From a virus (Duplodnaviria > Caudoviricetes), in IMG/VR virus record IMGVR_UViG_3300035661_000004: a stretch of DNA of 64,000 nucleotides. One strand, written 5' to 3'. Positions 20,668 through 29,287 of this stretch are shown piece after piece; the first letter of the stretch is position 1, and each line of letters begins with the position of its first letter. Both the position numbers and the translations under genes were made by a program. The notes below the pieces were generated by a model that was not told the DNA's origin, searched no databases, and worked only from the letters and a program-made list of their open reading frames with translations.

Positions 20668-21771
20668 ATGCTTCAGAAAATCAGTGGACCTGACGCGACC
20701 AAGATTGCAATGTTCACGGACATTCACTGGGGCGTACGTTCAAATTCGGTTCAACATAACCAGGATAACCTAGACTATGTCGATTGGTTTATCAAATCAC
20801 TCCCAAGTGATATTTCTCACATCGCATTTCTAGGTGACTGGTTTGAAAATCGTTCAGCGATCAATGTGCAAACGCTGTCGATGTCCGCTGAAGGCTTGCA
20901 AAAGTTAGATAAACTTGGAATCCCGATCATGTTCATCACCGGGAACCATGATCTTTACCGACGCACGACTCGTGACATCCACTCGCTCAGCGTATTCAGC
21001 TCGGTTAGAAATGTCACCATTGTCGAAGATGCTATTAGCCTAAATGGCAAACAGCTATTCTTGCCGTATCTGTTTGACCATGAATTTCTCGCGCTTGCTG
21101 ATATTATCAATGCGCATGAAACCGTCTACGGTCATTTTGAGTTCAATGATTTTGTGTTGACTGGTCATAGCACAATCATGGAGCGCGGTCAGGACAGGCG
21201 GCTCGTTAGTAAACCGAAAAAGATCTTCTCAGGCCACTTCCATAAACGACAAGTCATCGACAATATTTGCTACATCGGTAACACATTTCCGACTAATTTC
21301 GGTGATGCAGGCGATGACGCTCGTGGCATGGCAGTTTATGATGTAGCCGCCGACAAAGTTGAATTCAAGGACTGGGAAGACTGCCCAAAGTACTTGAAGG
21401 TCAAGCTGGGTGACGTGATCGCCAACAAGTGGTCCCCGAAAGCAAAGACGCGCGTCAAGTGCGTGGTGGACATCGACATCAGCTACACAGAGGCGCAAGA
21501 GCTCCGCGAAGCGTTGATCGAGGCCCACAACCTGCGCGACTTGGTCCTCGAAGAGGACCGAGAGGCAAAGCAAGGCTTGGTCGAAGGCGACTCATCCAAG
21601 GTGACCGAAGTGCATGACCTCAAGTTTGACAGTGTTGACGAGCTCGTGACCTCCCAGCTTGAAGCCGCCATTGATGACGGTGCCGCCAAAGGCAAGTATG
21701 ACCTCAAGCTGTTGCTTGAGATCTACAAGAGCCTCAAGATCGAAACAACAGACAAGGACGCAACAGCATGA
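20668..21771 (+). CDS. gp47: Mre11/SbcD-like recombination nuclease (T4 gp47)
   Basis: Metallophosphoesterase motifs DIH, GD, GNHD, GH, GHFH. Confidence 0.9.
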   Translation: MLQKISGPDATKIAMFTDIHWGVRSNSVQHNQDNLDYVDWFIKSLPSDISHIAFLGDWFENRSAINVQTLSMSAEGLQKLDKLGIPIMFITGNHDLYRRTTRDIHSLSVFSSVRNVTIVEDAISLNGKQLFLPYLFDHEFLALADIINAHETVYGHFEFNDFVLTGHSTIMERGQDRRLVSKPKKIFSGHFHKRQVIDNICYIGNTFPTNFGDAGDDARGMAVYDVAADKVEFKDWEDCPKYLKVKLGDVIANKWSPKAKTRVKCVVDIDISYTEAQELREALIEAHNLRDLVLEEDREAKQGLVEGDSSKVTEVHDLKFDSVDELVTSQLEAAIDDGAAKGKYDLKLLLEIYKSLKIETTDKDATA

Positions 21772-22531
21772 ATGAGGATGCTCAAATCGTGACAGCTGAC
21801 GCTCCGAATCGTTACGAAGCTAAACGTTCGGGGTACCGGCAGGAGCACAGTACGTGCTGGTAGTCAAGATTCAAAGCTCGCTTGCGCCTGACCAGGTCAA
21901 GCAAGGAGCTGTCATCGAGCCAGGTGAGAGCCTAACGGTCAACCTTGACTTCGAAACCGAAGTTCTCAACATCAGCCAGCATAGCATTGGCACACATGGA
22001 GCGGAAATGTTTAACGGTACCTCAGCATTAGACCTCAACACAGCCTTCTACCAAGAAGGCGCCTTCTACAAGCACAAGGACGGCGGCTTGTACAAGACCA
22101 CCGGCGTGGGCAAGAGTACGGCTGACGGGCAACGCTACGTCATCTATCAGCATGTCTTCCCGTTCGTTCACAGCATCTACCTTCGCCCGCTCGATGAGTG
22201 GACCCGGGACCGTTTTGAGCTGCTTGACTTCATGCAAGCCACCGAGTATCAAGGGCAAGATCGGTACGAACTGCAGACAGCTATTACCGCACGCCGTGAA
22301 ACTCGTAAAGCCGCACAGGTGCCCAAGCCTGACTTCACACAAAAAACAGACGTTGTGGCAACTATCGGTTATGATGGTCTGCTCGCTACCGGCTTCACGT
22401 TGCAGCATGTCGATGTCGACATTGAGCAGCTAAATGAGACGATTCGCGCTCACAATGAGTGGAGCCAAGAGCACAACAAGAGCACCTTTAGCGGCGACGC
22501 TGACGACATTCATTCAACCAACGGTGTTTGA
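21768..22531 (+). CDS. DUF1653-like domain protein, apparent frameshift near 21824
   Basis: ATGA-coupled MNEDAQIV...YEAK joins TFGVPAGAQYVLVVK if one A is added to AAA; GAFYKHKDGGLY...YVIYQH...YLRPLDEW is DUF1653-like. Confidence 0.6.
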
Positions 22532-22543
22532 CAGGATCTAGGC

Positions 22544-24427
22544 ATGAGCAAGGTTACGTTCGAGGACATGTGGTGGAAGAATTTCATGTCCTTCGGCAAC
22601 GTCATGACGACGGTCGATCTGACACGACCAGGTACCACCTTGATTGTCGGCGAGAACGCCGATGAAGGTGGCTCGTCCGGCGCCGGCAAGACCACGATCA
22701 TGAACGTGCTGTCCTACATCGTCTACGATAAGATCCCTCGTGATGATGTGAAGAAGGACAAGCTGATCAACAACATCAACAACGCCAAGACCATCACGAT
22801 GGAGGCGGGGCTCAACCTAACAGTGGGCGTTGACAAGTATAAGCTAGAGCGCCGGCGTGGGTATAACGCCGGCGTCGGGATGTGGAAGAACGGCGTCGAC
22901 ATCACGCCTGACTCGGTCGCCAACTTCAACCTGGCAGCTGAAGAGCTGATCGGCTTCTCCTACAACCTCTTTAGTCAGATCATCCTCTTCAACGGCAGCT
23001 CAACTCCTTTCCTGAGCCTGTCAGGACCCGAGCAGCGCTCGCTGATCGAGGAGCTCCTGCGGATCACCCTGCTGTCGCGCAAGGCTGAAGCTTTGAAGCT
23101 GCTCATGTCAGCGACCGAGAGCGAGCTGAAGATCAACTTAGCCTTGATCGAGCAGCAGAAGAAGCACGCCGAACGGCACCAGCAGATGATCGCCGCCGCA
23201 GAGAAGCGCGTCTCAGACTGGAACATCCAGCACGTCGCGGATATCCGAGCGCAGGAGGTCAAGCTTGAAACTCTGATGTCGGTTGACTTTGACGCCGAGG
23301 AGCAGATCCATGCTATGATCAAGGAGCTGCAAGAGAAGATCGCGCCTATCGACAGCGCAATTAGCCAGCATGCGGCTCTGATTCGGGCCGAGCGAGCTAA
23401 AACTTACCCAGGCAGCAGCAAGATCGCAGTCATGCGGCGCGACCTCGCCGCTTTGAAGAGCGAGAAGGCTAAGTATGAGGCTGAGCTGGGTCACCTCGCT
23501 GACGCCAAGTGCCCGTACTGCTTGCAAAAGTTCGAGGACGCTGCGAGTAAGATCGCTGAGCTGCAGGTCAATCTCGACTCCGCTACCATCGCTCTAGCTA
23601 CCTTGTCTAACGGGTTGCAGCTTGAAGTAGACTCTCAGGTCATGTTTGAAACCCAACGCGACAATGTCGCCGGCAACATGGAGCTGGACCTTGAAGCGAT
23701 GCGGGAGAGCAAGGTCAGCCTAGCTGGAGAGCTGGCTGACTACCAAGCCGTCCTGACCTACAAGACCTACAAGGACCACGTCAACGCCGCGTCGATGGCA
23801 GGCACGCTTGCTGACAAGATCGACAAGCTAAAGGATGAGGTCAATCCCCACCTTGACGCGCATGCGGCTTTGAAGAATGATCCAGGCGTACAGCTCGACA
23901 CCACCAAGGTTGACGAGCTGACCAAGCTGAAGGAGCACCAGAAGGTTCTCCACAAGCTGCTGACTGACAAGAACAGCTACATCCGCAAGGGCATCATCAG
24001 CAAGACGCTGCCGTTCCTCAACAAGCGGATCGCCTACTACACCGAGCGGTTGGGCCTGCCGCATGTTGTGCTCTTCCAGCCTGACATGTCTTGCGAGATC
24101 GCTAAGATGGGTCTAGAGCTTAGTCACGGAAACCTGTCCAACGGCGAGCAGAAGCGCTTGAACCTTGGCCTGTGCTTCGCCTTCCGGGACGCGCTAACTT
24201 ACCTGCACTCCAAGGTCAACGTCCTGCTAACCGACGAGGTCGACGGCGGCTCGCTCGATGAGCAAGCGGTGACAGCGATGATCTCGCTGCTGAAGCACAA
24301 AGCGTGGGACGACAAGATCGGCATCTTCATCATCTCGCACCGCCCCGAGTTTGACGGCAAGTGCGACCGGAACCTGATCGTCCGCAAGGAGTGCGGGTTC
24401 TCCTCGCTGATCAAGCAGGTTGACTAA
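22544..24427 (+). CDS. gp46: Rad50/SbcC-like recombination ATPase (T4 gp46)
   Basis: Walker A GAGKT, zinc hook CPYC, signature LSNGE, Walker B LLTDE, H-loop ISHR. Confidence 0.92.
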   Translation: MSKVTFEDMWWKNFMSFGNVMTTVDLTRPGTTLIVGENADEGGSSGAGKTTIMNVLSYIVYDKIPRDDVKKDKLINNINNAKTITMEAGLNLTVGVDKYKLERRRGYNAGVGMWKNGVDITPDSVANFNLAAEELIGFSYNLFSQIILFNGSSTPFLSLSGPEQRSLIEELLRITLLSRKAEALKLLMSATESELKINLALIEQQKKHAERHQQMIAAAEKRVSDWNIQHVADIRAQEVKLETLMSVDFDAEEQIHAMIKELQEKIAPIDSAISQHAALIRAERAKTYPGSSKIAVMRRDLAALKSEKAKYEAELGHLADAKCPYCLQKFEDAASKIAELQVNLDSATIALATLSNGLQLEVDSQVMFETQRDNVAGNMELDLEAMRESKVSLAGELADYQAVLTYKTYKDHVNAASMAGTLADKIDKLKDEVNPHLDAHAALKNDPGVQLDTTKVDELTKLKEHQKVLHKLLTDKNSYIRKGIISKTLPFLNKRIAYYTERLGLPHVVLFQPDMSCEIAKMGLELSHGNLSNGEQKRLNLGLCFAFRDALTYLHSKVNVLLTDEVDGGSLDEQAVTAMISLLKHKAWDDKIGIFIISHRPEFDGKCDRNLIVRKECGFSSLIKQVD

Positions 24428-24689
24428 GGCTGCCAGGGTACGCGTCAACATGCTTGACGATCATGGCTGCAAACTGCGCTCGGGTGCTCATTCTCCAATA
24501 CTGATAGCCACCGACAGCTCGCCATGAGATGGTGGCGTCAGTTGTCGAGCTAACATACACATATGTGTTGTCAGGTAGCCTGACCTCCAAGCATGGCTCA
24601 ATCAAACCTCGCCAGAGCTTGACCTGAACACAGTCGGGTAGCTCAGCAACGAGCCATTGCTCAAGAGCAAACAGTTCGATCCTAGTCAT
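24411..24689 (-). CDS. Hypothetical protein, divergent QQ-family member
   Basis: MTRIELFALEQWLVAELPDCVQVKL; TTTACA-16-TACAAT promoter 7 nt upstream. Confidence 0.55.
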   Translation of the reverse strand: MTRIELFALEQWLVAELPDCVQVKLWRGLIEPCLEVRLPDNTYVYVSSTTDATISWRAVGGYQYWRMSTRAQFAAMIVKHVDAYPGSLSQPA

Positions 24690-24696
24690 CCTACGG

Positions 24697-24726
24697 ATTG
24701 TACACCCTTGGGCCACCGTGTAAATA
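24697..24726. promoter_or_regulatory. Overlapping leftward sigma70-type promoter and rightward late promoter
   Basis: Minus TTTACA-16-TACAAT; plus TAAATA 24721-24726. Confidence 0.55.
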
Positions 24727-24731
24727 GGTGC

Positions 24732-25547
24732 ATGAGCGTTGAAAACGCATATGCTGTGCTTCGCCGGCAGATTGAGGAGCTCAAGCTCTTTGACTCGCGT
24801 GGCAGGTTTCAGCCCAAGGCTCCCACGCCTCCTGACTTTGTAACCGCTTGCTTTGCGGCCACCTCAGAGTGCAAGTCTCTCGAGCTGAGAGACCGCATCT
24901 ACTGGGTGGTCAACGACCTCCGTTCTCACCCAACCTGCAAGTCGTGCGGGGCTCAGCTCTCGATACCTAAGAACTTCAGCCAACGGTCAAGGGATAAGCA
25001 GTACTGTCCCGGTGGCTGCCACGCTAAGAGCGAGGAGGTCAAGGCCAGGATGCGCGAAACCTGCCGCAGGCGCTACGGAATTGACAATGTAGGTGAGATA
25101 CCCGAAGTCAAGTCAAAGATGCGTAGGACCTGCCTTGCAAGGTACGGGGTGCCTCATCCTATGCAGGACTCCGCTGTGTTCGAGCGTCATCAGCGCGCCA
25201 GCGTTAAGCTCAAGACGTTCACCACGCCCAGCGGCAACATGCTTCGATACCAGGGCTATGAGGACGTGGCTCTCAGACTGTTGTTCGAGATGAAGCTCAA
25301 CGAGGCTGACATTATGGTCAGCCGAAGCAACATGCCCCGTATCCTCTACTTCAAAGGGGCGCGGCGAGCACGGTACTATCCCGACATCTACGTGCCTAGC
25401 CTGAACCTGCTCCTCGAAGTCAAGAGCGTCTATACCTTCAATCGAGAGCGGGACCTGACCTTTGCCAAGCAGGACGCCTGCGTCAAGCAGGGCTATAAGC
25501 ACCTGATCGTCATCTGTGACAAGCGACACGTGCTTGAGATTTTGTGA
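24732..25547 (+). CDS. Zn-ribbon plus PD-(D/E)XK-type endonuclease, probably mobile
   Basis: CKSCG and YCPGGC motifs; RYQGYE...YYPDIYVPSLNLLLEVKS nuclease motif; ATG at 24732 lies 5 nt after TAAATA. Confidence 0.7.
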   Translation: MSVENAYAVLRRQIEELKLFDSRGRFQPKAPTPPDFVTACFAATSECKSLELRDRIYWVVNDLRSHPTCKSCGAQLSIPKNFSQRSRDKQYCPGGCHAKSEEVKARMRETCRRRYGIDNVGEIPEVKSKMRRTCLARYGVPHPMQDSAVFERHQRASVKLKTFTTPSGNMLRYQGYEDVALRLLFEMKLNEADIMVSRSNMPRILYFKGARRARYYPDIYVPSLNLLLEVKSVYTFNRERDLTFAKQDACVKQGYKHLIVICDKRHVLEIL

Positions 25548-25551
25548 CTGC

Positions 25552-25557
25552 TAAATA
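25552..25557 (+). promoter_or_regulatory. Late promoter TAAATA, 6 nt before ATG
   Basis: TAAATA-agctca-ATG. Confidence 0.65.
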
Positions 25558-25563
25558 AGCTCA

Positions 25564-26124
25564 ATGACTGATACACAAATCAACGAGCTGAAGCCCGCTC
25601 GCAAGAAGGCCGTCAACGGTCGCGCTAAAGGCGCGGGCTTCGAGCTGACCATGGCGAAGCTCCTCTCAACTACCTTCGCGCCGCTGAACTTCAAGCGGAC
25701 ACAGTCGAGCGGCGCGATCGTCGGCGGCAGGAACTCCTGGCAAACCCAGCTCTACAGCCAGCACATGCTGTCGGCCTTTGTCGGCGACATCTTCCCAGTC
25801 AATGAGGAGGACATAGCCAAGGCAGAGGGCTGGAAGTTCCGATTCACCGTCGAGTGCAAGTTTTATCAGTCACAGGATGCGTTTGCGACATTGTTCAAAA
25901 ATCCTCAGCTATTGACATGGTGGGCACAAGCTAAGAGAGACGCTGCTAAGATCCCAGACCGCGAGCCATTGCTTATTTGCAAATTCAACTTCACAGATAC
26001 ATACGTTGGGTTTGAATGCGACCCTCCCAAAACTGTTTCTCGCGTTGTACAGATCGACGATGTGAAATTTTGTCTGATGAATGAAGCCTTAAAGGATCTT
26101 AATTGGTGGAAAGCAAAGCTGTAG
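25564..26124 (+). CDS. Holliday junction resolvase (Hjc-like)
   Basis: NGRAKGAGFE...R..SSGA...GDI...VECK motif. Confidence 0.8.
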   Translation: MTDTQINELKPARKKAVNGRAKGAGFELTMAKLLSTTFAPLNFKRTQSSGAIVGGRNSWQTQLYSQHMLSAFVGDIFPVNEEDIAKAEGWKFRFTVECKFYQSQDAFATLFKNPQLLTWWAQAKRDAAKIPDREPLLICKFNFTDTYVGFECDPPKTVSRVVQIDDVKFCLMNEALKDLNWWKAKL

Positions 26125-26463
26125 TCTACATGTACATTGATCCCAAGACCGATACGCCTCGCTATCGGTAAAGGGCTTCCTCATAGACTATTTGATCATC
26201 TTAAGTGGTCTCATAATGTCATGCTTCACAATCTCATTAAGAGAAGGCTACAGCATGACACCGACAATATAGACTGTCAAGGATGATGCTACAGCTCAAG
26301 TCATTGAAAGATTTTGGTAGCTGTCTATGGTCGCGCTGACTTAAACACAGGAACGCTATTCAATCACACTGATGGAGGTGATGGTGCTTCAAATCTCTCA
26401 GAGATCACGCTACAGCGCATGTCAGACGCCCAAAGGGCCACGTGGGGGAGATCCAGAGATTAG
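26125..26463 (+). pseudogene. Degenerate GIY-YIG homing endonuclease
   Basis: Fragments in different frames: VYMYIDPKTDTPRY / GKGLPHRLFDHLK / VYGRADLNTGTLFNHTDGGDG; no start codon, several frameshifts and stops. Confidence 0.8.
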
Positions 26464-26552
26464 AGCAAAGAAGCCAGCAGGGATTAAGGATGCATGGGCG
26501 GATCCAACTGGTAAATAGCCACCCGAGGACCTGCTGATATACTATACACGAG

Positions 26553-26680
26553 ATGAATACGCTGGCCGTTGGAATTCTCATCTCTTCCTGCGGTTCCTCG
26601 TCGGGCGCCGCATCATCCTCATGATCGTTGATGCATACGACCCCCGCAATCACAAACTACCTGGACAAACGATATGGGCC
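26553..26680 (+). pseudogene. Possible small membrane-protein gene with frameshift near 26582
   Basis: MNTLAVGILI continues as LFLRFLVGRRIILMIVDAYD if one C is added; 3' end uncertain. Confidence 0.35.
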
Positions 26681-27033
26681 ACAAGGCAGCCAAGAAGGCG
26701 CGCAAGCTCCTCAATACCCTCCAAGCTCAAACCGGCGATAAGGACAGCTGGACGGAGCACGTCTATGTCGAGAACGAGAATCGGCGGAAGAAGCAGCTCG
26801 TTGAGCTGAAGACCGGCGAGGAGAAGGAGATCACCGTCTCCCTGGGTCAGCTGACCCTTAAGCCTGGCTCCGGACGCGCGGTCTACAAGGTCATCAAGCG
26901 CGCGATGCAGGGCAAGGCCTCAGGCGTCAACAGCAAGCCGTTGACCAACTTCCCAGTCGCGACCGCTGGCTTGCCTGTACAGCAGAAGCTGCTGCCCGTC
27001 GCCGAACCCACCTTCATCGAAACCGAAGAGTGA
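26674..27033 (+). CDS. Hypothetical basic protein
   Basis: 119-aa ORF with phage-like codon usage, GTGA-coupled to the next gene. Confidence 0.7.
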   Translation: MGHKAAKKARKLLNTLQAQTGDKDSWTEHVYVENENRRKKQLVELKTGEEKEITVSLGQLTLKPGSGRAVYKVIKRAMQGKASGVNSKPLTNFPVATAGLPVQQKLLPVAEPTFIETEE

Positions 27034-27401
27034 TCATCGACTTAGAGCGGAAAGACGCTCTAGCCCAGGCGATTGTAATGGCTCACGACAATGAGATCAT
27101 TGACATCGCCTGCCGCACGCTTGACACGTCGTACAAGCAAGTCAGCCATGTTTGGGTTGGCCCGAAACGAGCTCTCCACATGACGCTCTCGCTCATTGTA
27201 GGCTCTAAGGCCCGCATCGAGCATGAGTACATCATCACGGGTGTGACAGGCGTCAAGCCTGGCTACAAATACTGCATGCTACGTCGCCATGTCGGCGACT
27301 ACACGTCCACGCCACTTAAAGAGGCCTTTGAAGCATTTGCCTACGCGCGAGTGAAGCAGGGCCTTTGGCAAACCGAGTCCGCAATCAGCGGCTCTTCATA
27401 A
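27030..27401 (+). CDS. Hypothetical protein
   Basis: 123-aa ORF with coupled GTG start. Confidence 0.6.
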   Translation: MIIDLERKDALAQAIVMAHDNEIIDIACRTLDTSYKQVSHVWVGPKRALHMTLSLIVGSKARIEHEYIITGVTGVKPGYKYCMLRRHVGDYTSTPLKEAFEAFAYARVKQGLWQTESAISGSS

Positions 27402-27414
27402 AGCTCATAATGGT

Positions 27415-27714
27415 AAGGTCCCGAAGCACCTAGTATGACGCCGCTCTTTGGTTGAACTTCAGAAAAGAGGAGCGGGCTGAGGCGTCCCAGATTCGCCTTT
27501 CCCTGTGTTAGAGGCCCGGGGATGGAGCATGTACGAGCATGCCCGATAAACAGCTATGCCTAAGTCATCTTTGCAGATAGCGGTACTCCGCGGCTGATAA
27601 CTCGTTGCAAGGCAGGAGGGTGATGGCTCCTGACCAACTGTAACACTCGTCATGGAATCCCAACGGTTAAGGGGTGGGAACCATGGGTGTGCCTGCTGTC
27701 TACATCCCCCGGAC
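27415..27714 (-). ncRNA. Candidate structured non-coding RNA (~300 nt), family unknown
   Basis: TAAATA at 27720-27725 puts +1 at G27714; closing stem GUCCGGGG(G)AUG/CAUCCCCGGGC, at least seven further stems, GCAA and cUUCGg tetraloops on the minus strand; no credible ORF. Confidence 0.6.
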
Positions 27715-27719
27715 GGTAC

Positions 27720-27725
27720 TATTTA
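27720..27725 (-). promoter_or_regulatory. Late promoter TAAATA in front of the candidate ncRNA
   Basis: cATAAATAg with no downstream CDS. Confidence 0.6.
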
Positions 27726-27744
27726 TGGGCGCACAAACCTGCAT

Positions 27745-27970
27745 CTAAATGCAATAGGACACATGGCTTGGCAACCGCCAACACCTTCGTTCTAAGCATA
27801 TGATGAGGTATGGGCCTCCTAAGCCTTCCGTCAGCTGTTGCTTAGTACTGGAGGTCGGGATCACGTCGTTTGAGCTCCACGTGACCTTGCCCGCATTGGT
27901 GTGAAGGTAGAGCTGCCCGTTCTTCTGGCTCAGCTTGATGTCAGTAGGTGCTGTTGCAGCTTAAGGAGCT
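27745..27970 (-). pseudogene. Frameshifted QQ-domain remnant at the 3' end of the HNH gene
   Basis: HNH ORF ends LLKLQQHLLTSS*; another frame continues DIKLSQKNGQLYLHTNAGKVTW to TAG at 27745. Confidence 0.5.
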
Positions 27971-28400
27971 TTTGCGCTCGGCGCTCATCGAGAATCTCCC
28001 GTTCACCGATGCTCTTCTCCTGGTTGCAAGGATAGCACATCGTTGTGGTGTTGGTCAGGTCATCCCTGCCGCCGAGCGAGCGAGCGAGGGTGTGGTCATG
28101 AGTGAACAGGACCTCCTCTTGCGTTTCAGGGTGAACGCCGTAGAGGTTGGCGTGCGGGTTGTCATTGCCCGGATTGTTCGTTTGGCGCTCGACGCCAAAG
28201 TGCGTGGCTTGCAAGCCGCACTTAACACAGCAGAGCCGTGCACGGTCACGCCCAAACGTACGCATGCGGAGCGAGACCACGCCGATGCTGTACCCTTCGA
28301 AGAGCACGCGCCCCTTCCTGAGGCCCATGTGCTCCTTGATCGCGTCTAAGACAGGCTCAAGGGGTATGTTGGCCAAGCGTGTGTAGAGCTGTGCTGTCAT
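27930..28400 (-). CDS. HNH endonuclease
   Basis: CVKC...HDHTLARSLGGRDDLTNTTTMCYPCN. Confidence 0.85.
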   Translation of the reverse strand: MTAQLYTRLANIPLEPVLDAIKEHMGLRKGRVLFEGYSIGVVSLRMRTFGRDRARLCCVKCGLQATHFGVERQTNNPGNDNPHANLYGVHPETQEEVLFTHDHTLARSLGGRDDLTNTTTMCYPCNQEKSIGEREILDERRAQKLLKLQQHLLTSS

Positions 28401-28601
28401 CGTTTGTATCTTTGGAAAAGTTCAAGCGTGACTTCGGCTATCGTGTCAGCCTCCTTGTCACACGTGTGGGTTGACTGCCAGATGCGAGAAGATCTTGTAG
28501 TAGGCCGTTGCGGTGCTTGTGTCACCTCGCTTGCGCTCCTCCGTCGGCCACTTGAAAAGGGTCTCGACCATGACCAATGTTTCAATGTGCTCGGGGCTCA
28601 T
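28397..28601 (-). pseudogene. Small hypothetical gene with apparent +1 frameshift near 28469
   Basis: ATGA-coupled MSPEHIETL...LAVN joins HTCDKEADTIAEVTLELFQRYKR* (ATGA-coupled to the HNH gene) if one C is removed. Confidence 0.55.
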
Positions 28602-28933
28602 GCTTGCACGCTAGCCACAAGAGCGACGGGCAGCTTGGCCAGGAAGTCAACCATGTCGGTAGCGGTCTCGCCGCAAGCCTTGGTAGCTTCCATCCACTTC
28701 AGCGGGCTCACGCCCTTGTTGGGCATGTTGAGGAAGGCGTTGATTGCCGTGCCCTTGACCTTGCCTGCTTCGAAAGCCTGATCGAGAGCGAGCGCGTCGG
28801 CGTCTTTGACGTTCTTTTGGCTTGCTGAAATCTTCCCGCCGCTGAAGCTGCGGGTCAAGTTCAGCCGATGGCCAGCGGCTGACACAACAGTAACGCGGAT
28901 GTAGTCGTGCTGCGAAGTGTAGAGTGTCTTCAT
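28598..28933 (-). CDS. Hypothetical early protein
   Basis: AAGGA-type RBS; sigma70-like promoter upstream. Confidence 0.75.
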   Translation of the reverse strand: MKTLYTSQHDYIRVTVVSAAGHRLNLTRSFSGGKISASQKNVKDADALALDQAFEAGKVKGTAINAFLNMPNKGVSPLKWMEATKACGETATDMVDFLAKLPVALVASVQA

Positions 28934-28969
28934 TGCGAGTCCTTAAGTTTACCGATTGCCGATATGATG

Positions 28970-28999
28970 ATTGTACATCATCACGGACCACGGTGAAAC
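28970..28999 (-). promoter_or_regulatory. Sigma70-type early promoter
   Basis: TTTCAC-18-TACAAT. Confidence 0.45.
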
Positions 29000-29020
29000 A
29001 AGAACTTACAAAAAGACGGT

Positions 29021-29047
29021 CACGAAGCTGGCTCAGCTTCGTGTTTT
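29021..29047. terminator. Hairpin/probable terminator
   Basis: CACGAAGCTG-gct-CAGCTTCGTG with flanking T/A runs. Confidence 0.55.
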
Positions 29048-29050
29048 ACC

Positions 29051-29287
29051 TTACCAGAAGACAGGGACCTGCTTCTTAATGAGGTCATTGACCTCCTTGA
29101 ACCGGTCATTCAAGAACTCAACCGCACGGTCACGTTCCATCGGCGACATGGCCCACACGTCATTACGTGTGTAGTGGCCACGGAAGTAGTAACCCATTGA
29201 CGTGAGCGATTTAACCAACGCTTCATTCTCAGTCTCGAAGGACTTGAACACTCGGGTGATGACCTGTTGGTCACCGGAGCCAATCAC
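29051..29287 (-). CDS. Baseplate hub assembly protein, gp51-like
   Basis: LTSMGYYFRGHYTRNDVWAMSPMERD motif; directly after the gp26-like gene. Confidence 0.6.
   Translation of the reverse strand: MIGSGDQQVITRVFKSFETENEALVKSLTSMGYYFRGHYTRNDVWAMSPMERDRAVEFLNDRFKEVNDLIKKQVPVFW

Noticed and set aside
27459-27653. 64-aa ORF within the structured region
   Set aside because: No RBS, no phage codon bias; base pairing explains the sequence better.
27415-27714. tmRNA, tRNA, RNase P, SRP or hammerhead identity for the structured region
   Set aside because: GGGGAUG/CAUCCCC resembles a tmRNA acceptor stem, but there is no T-loop, 3' CCA or tag ORF; RNase P, SRP and CUGAUGA/GAAA cores were not found.
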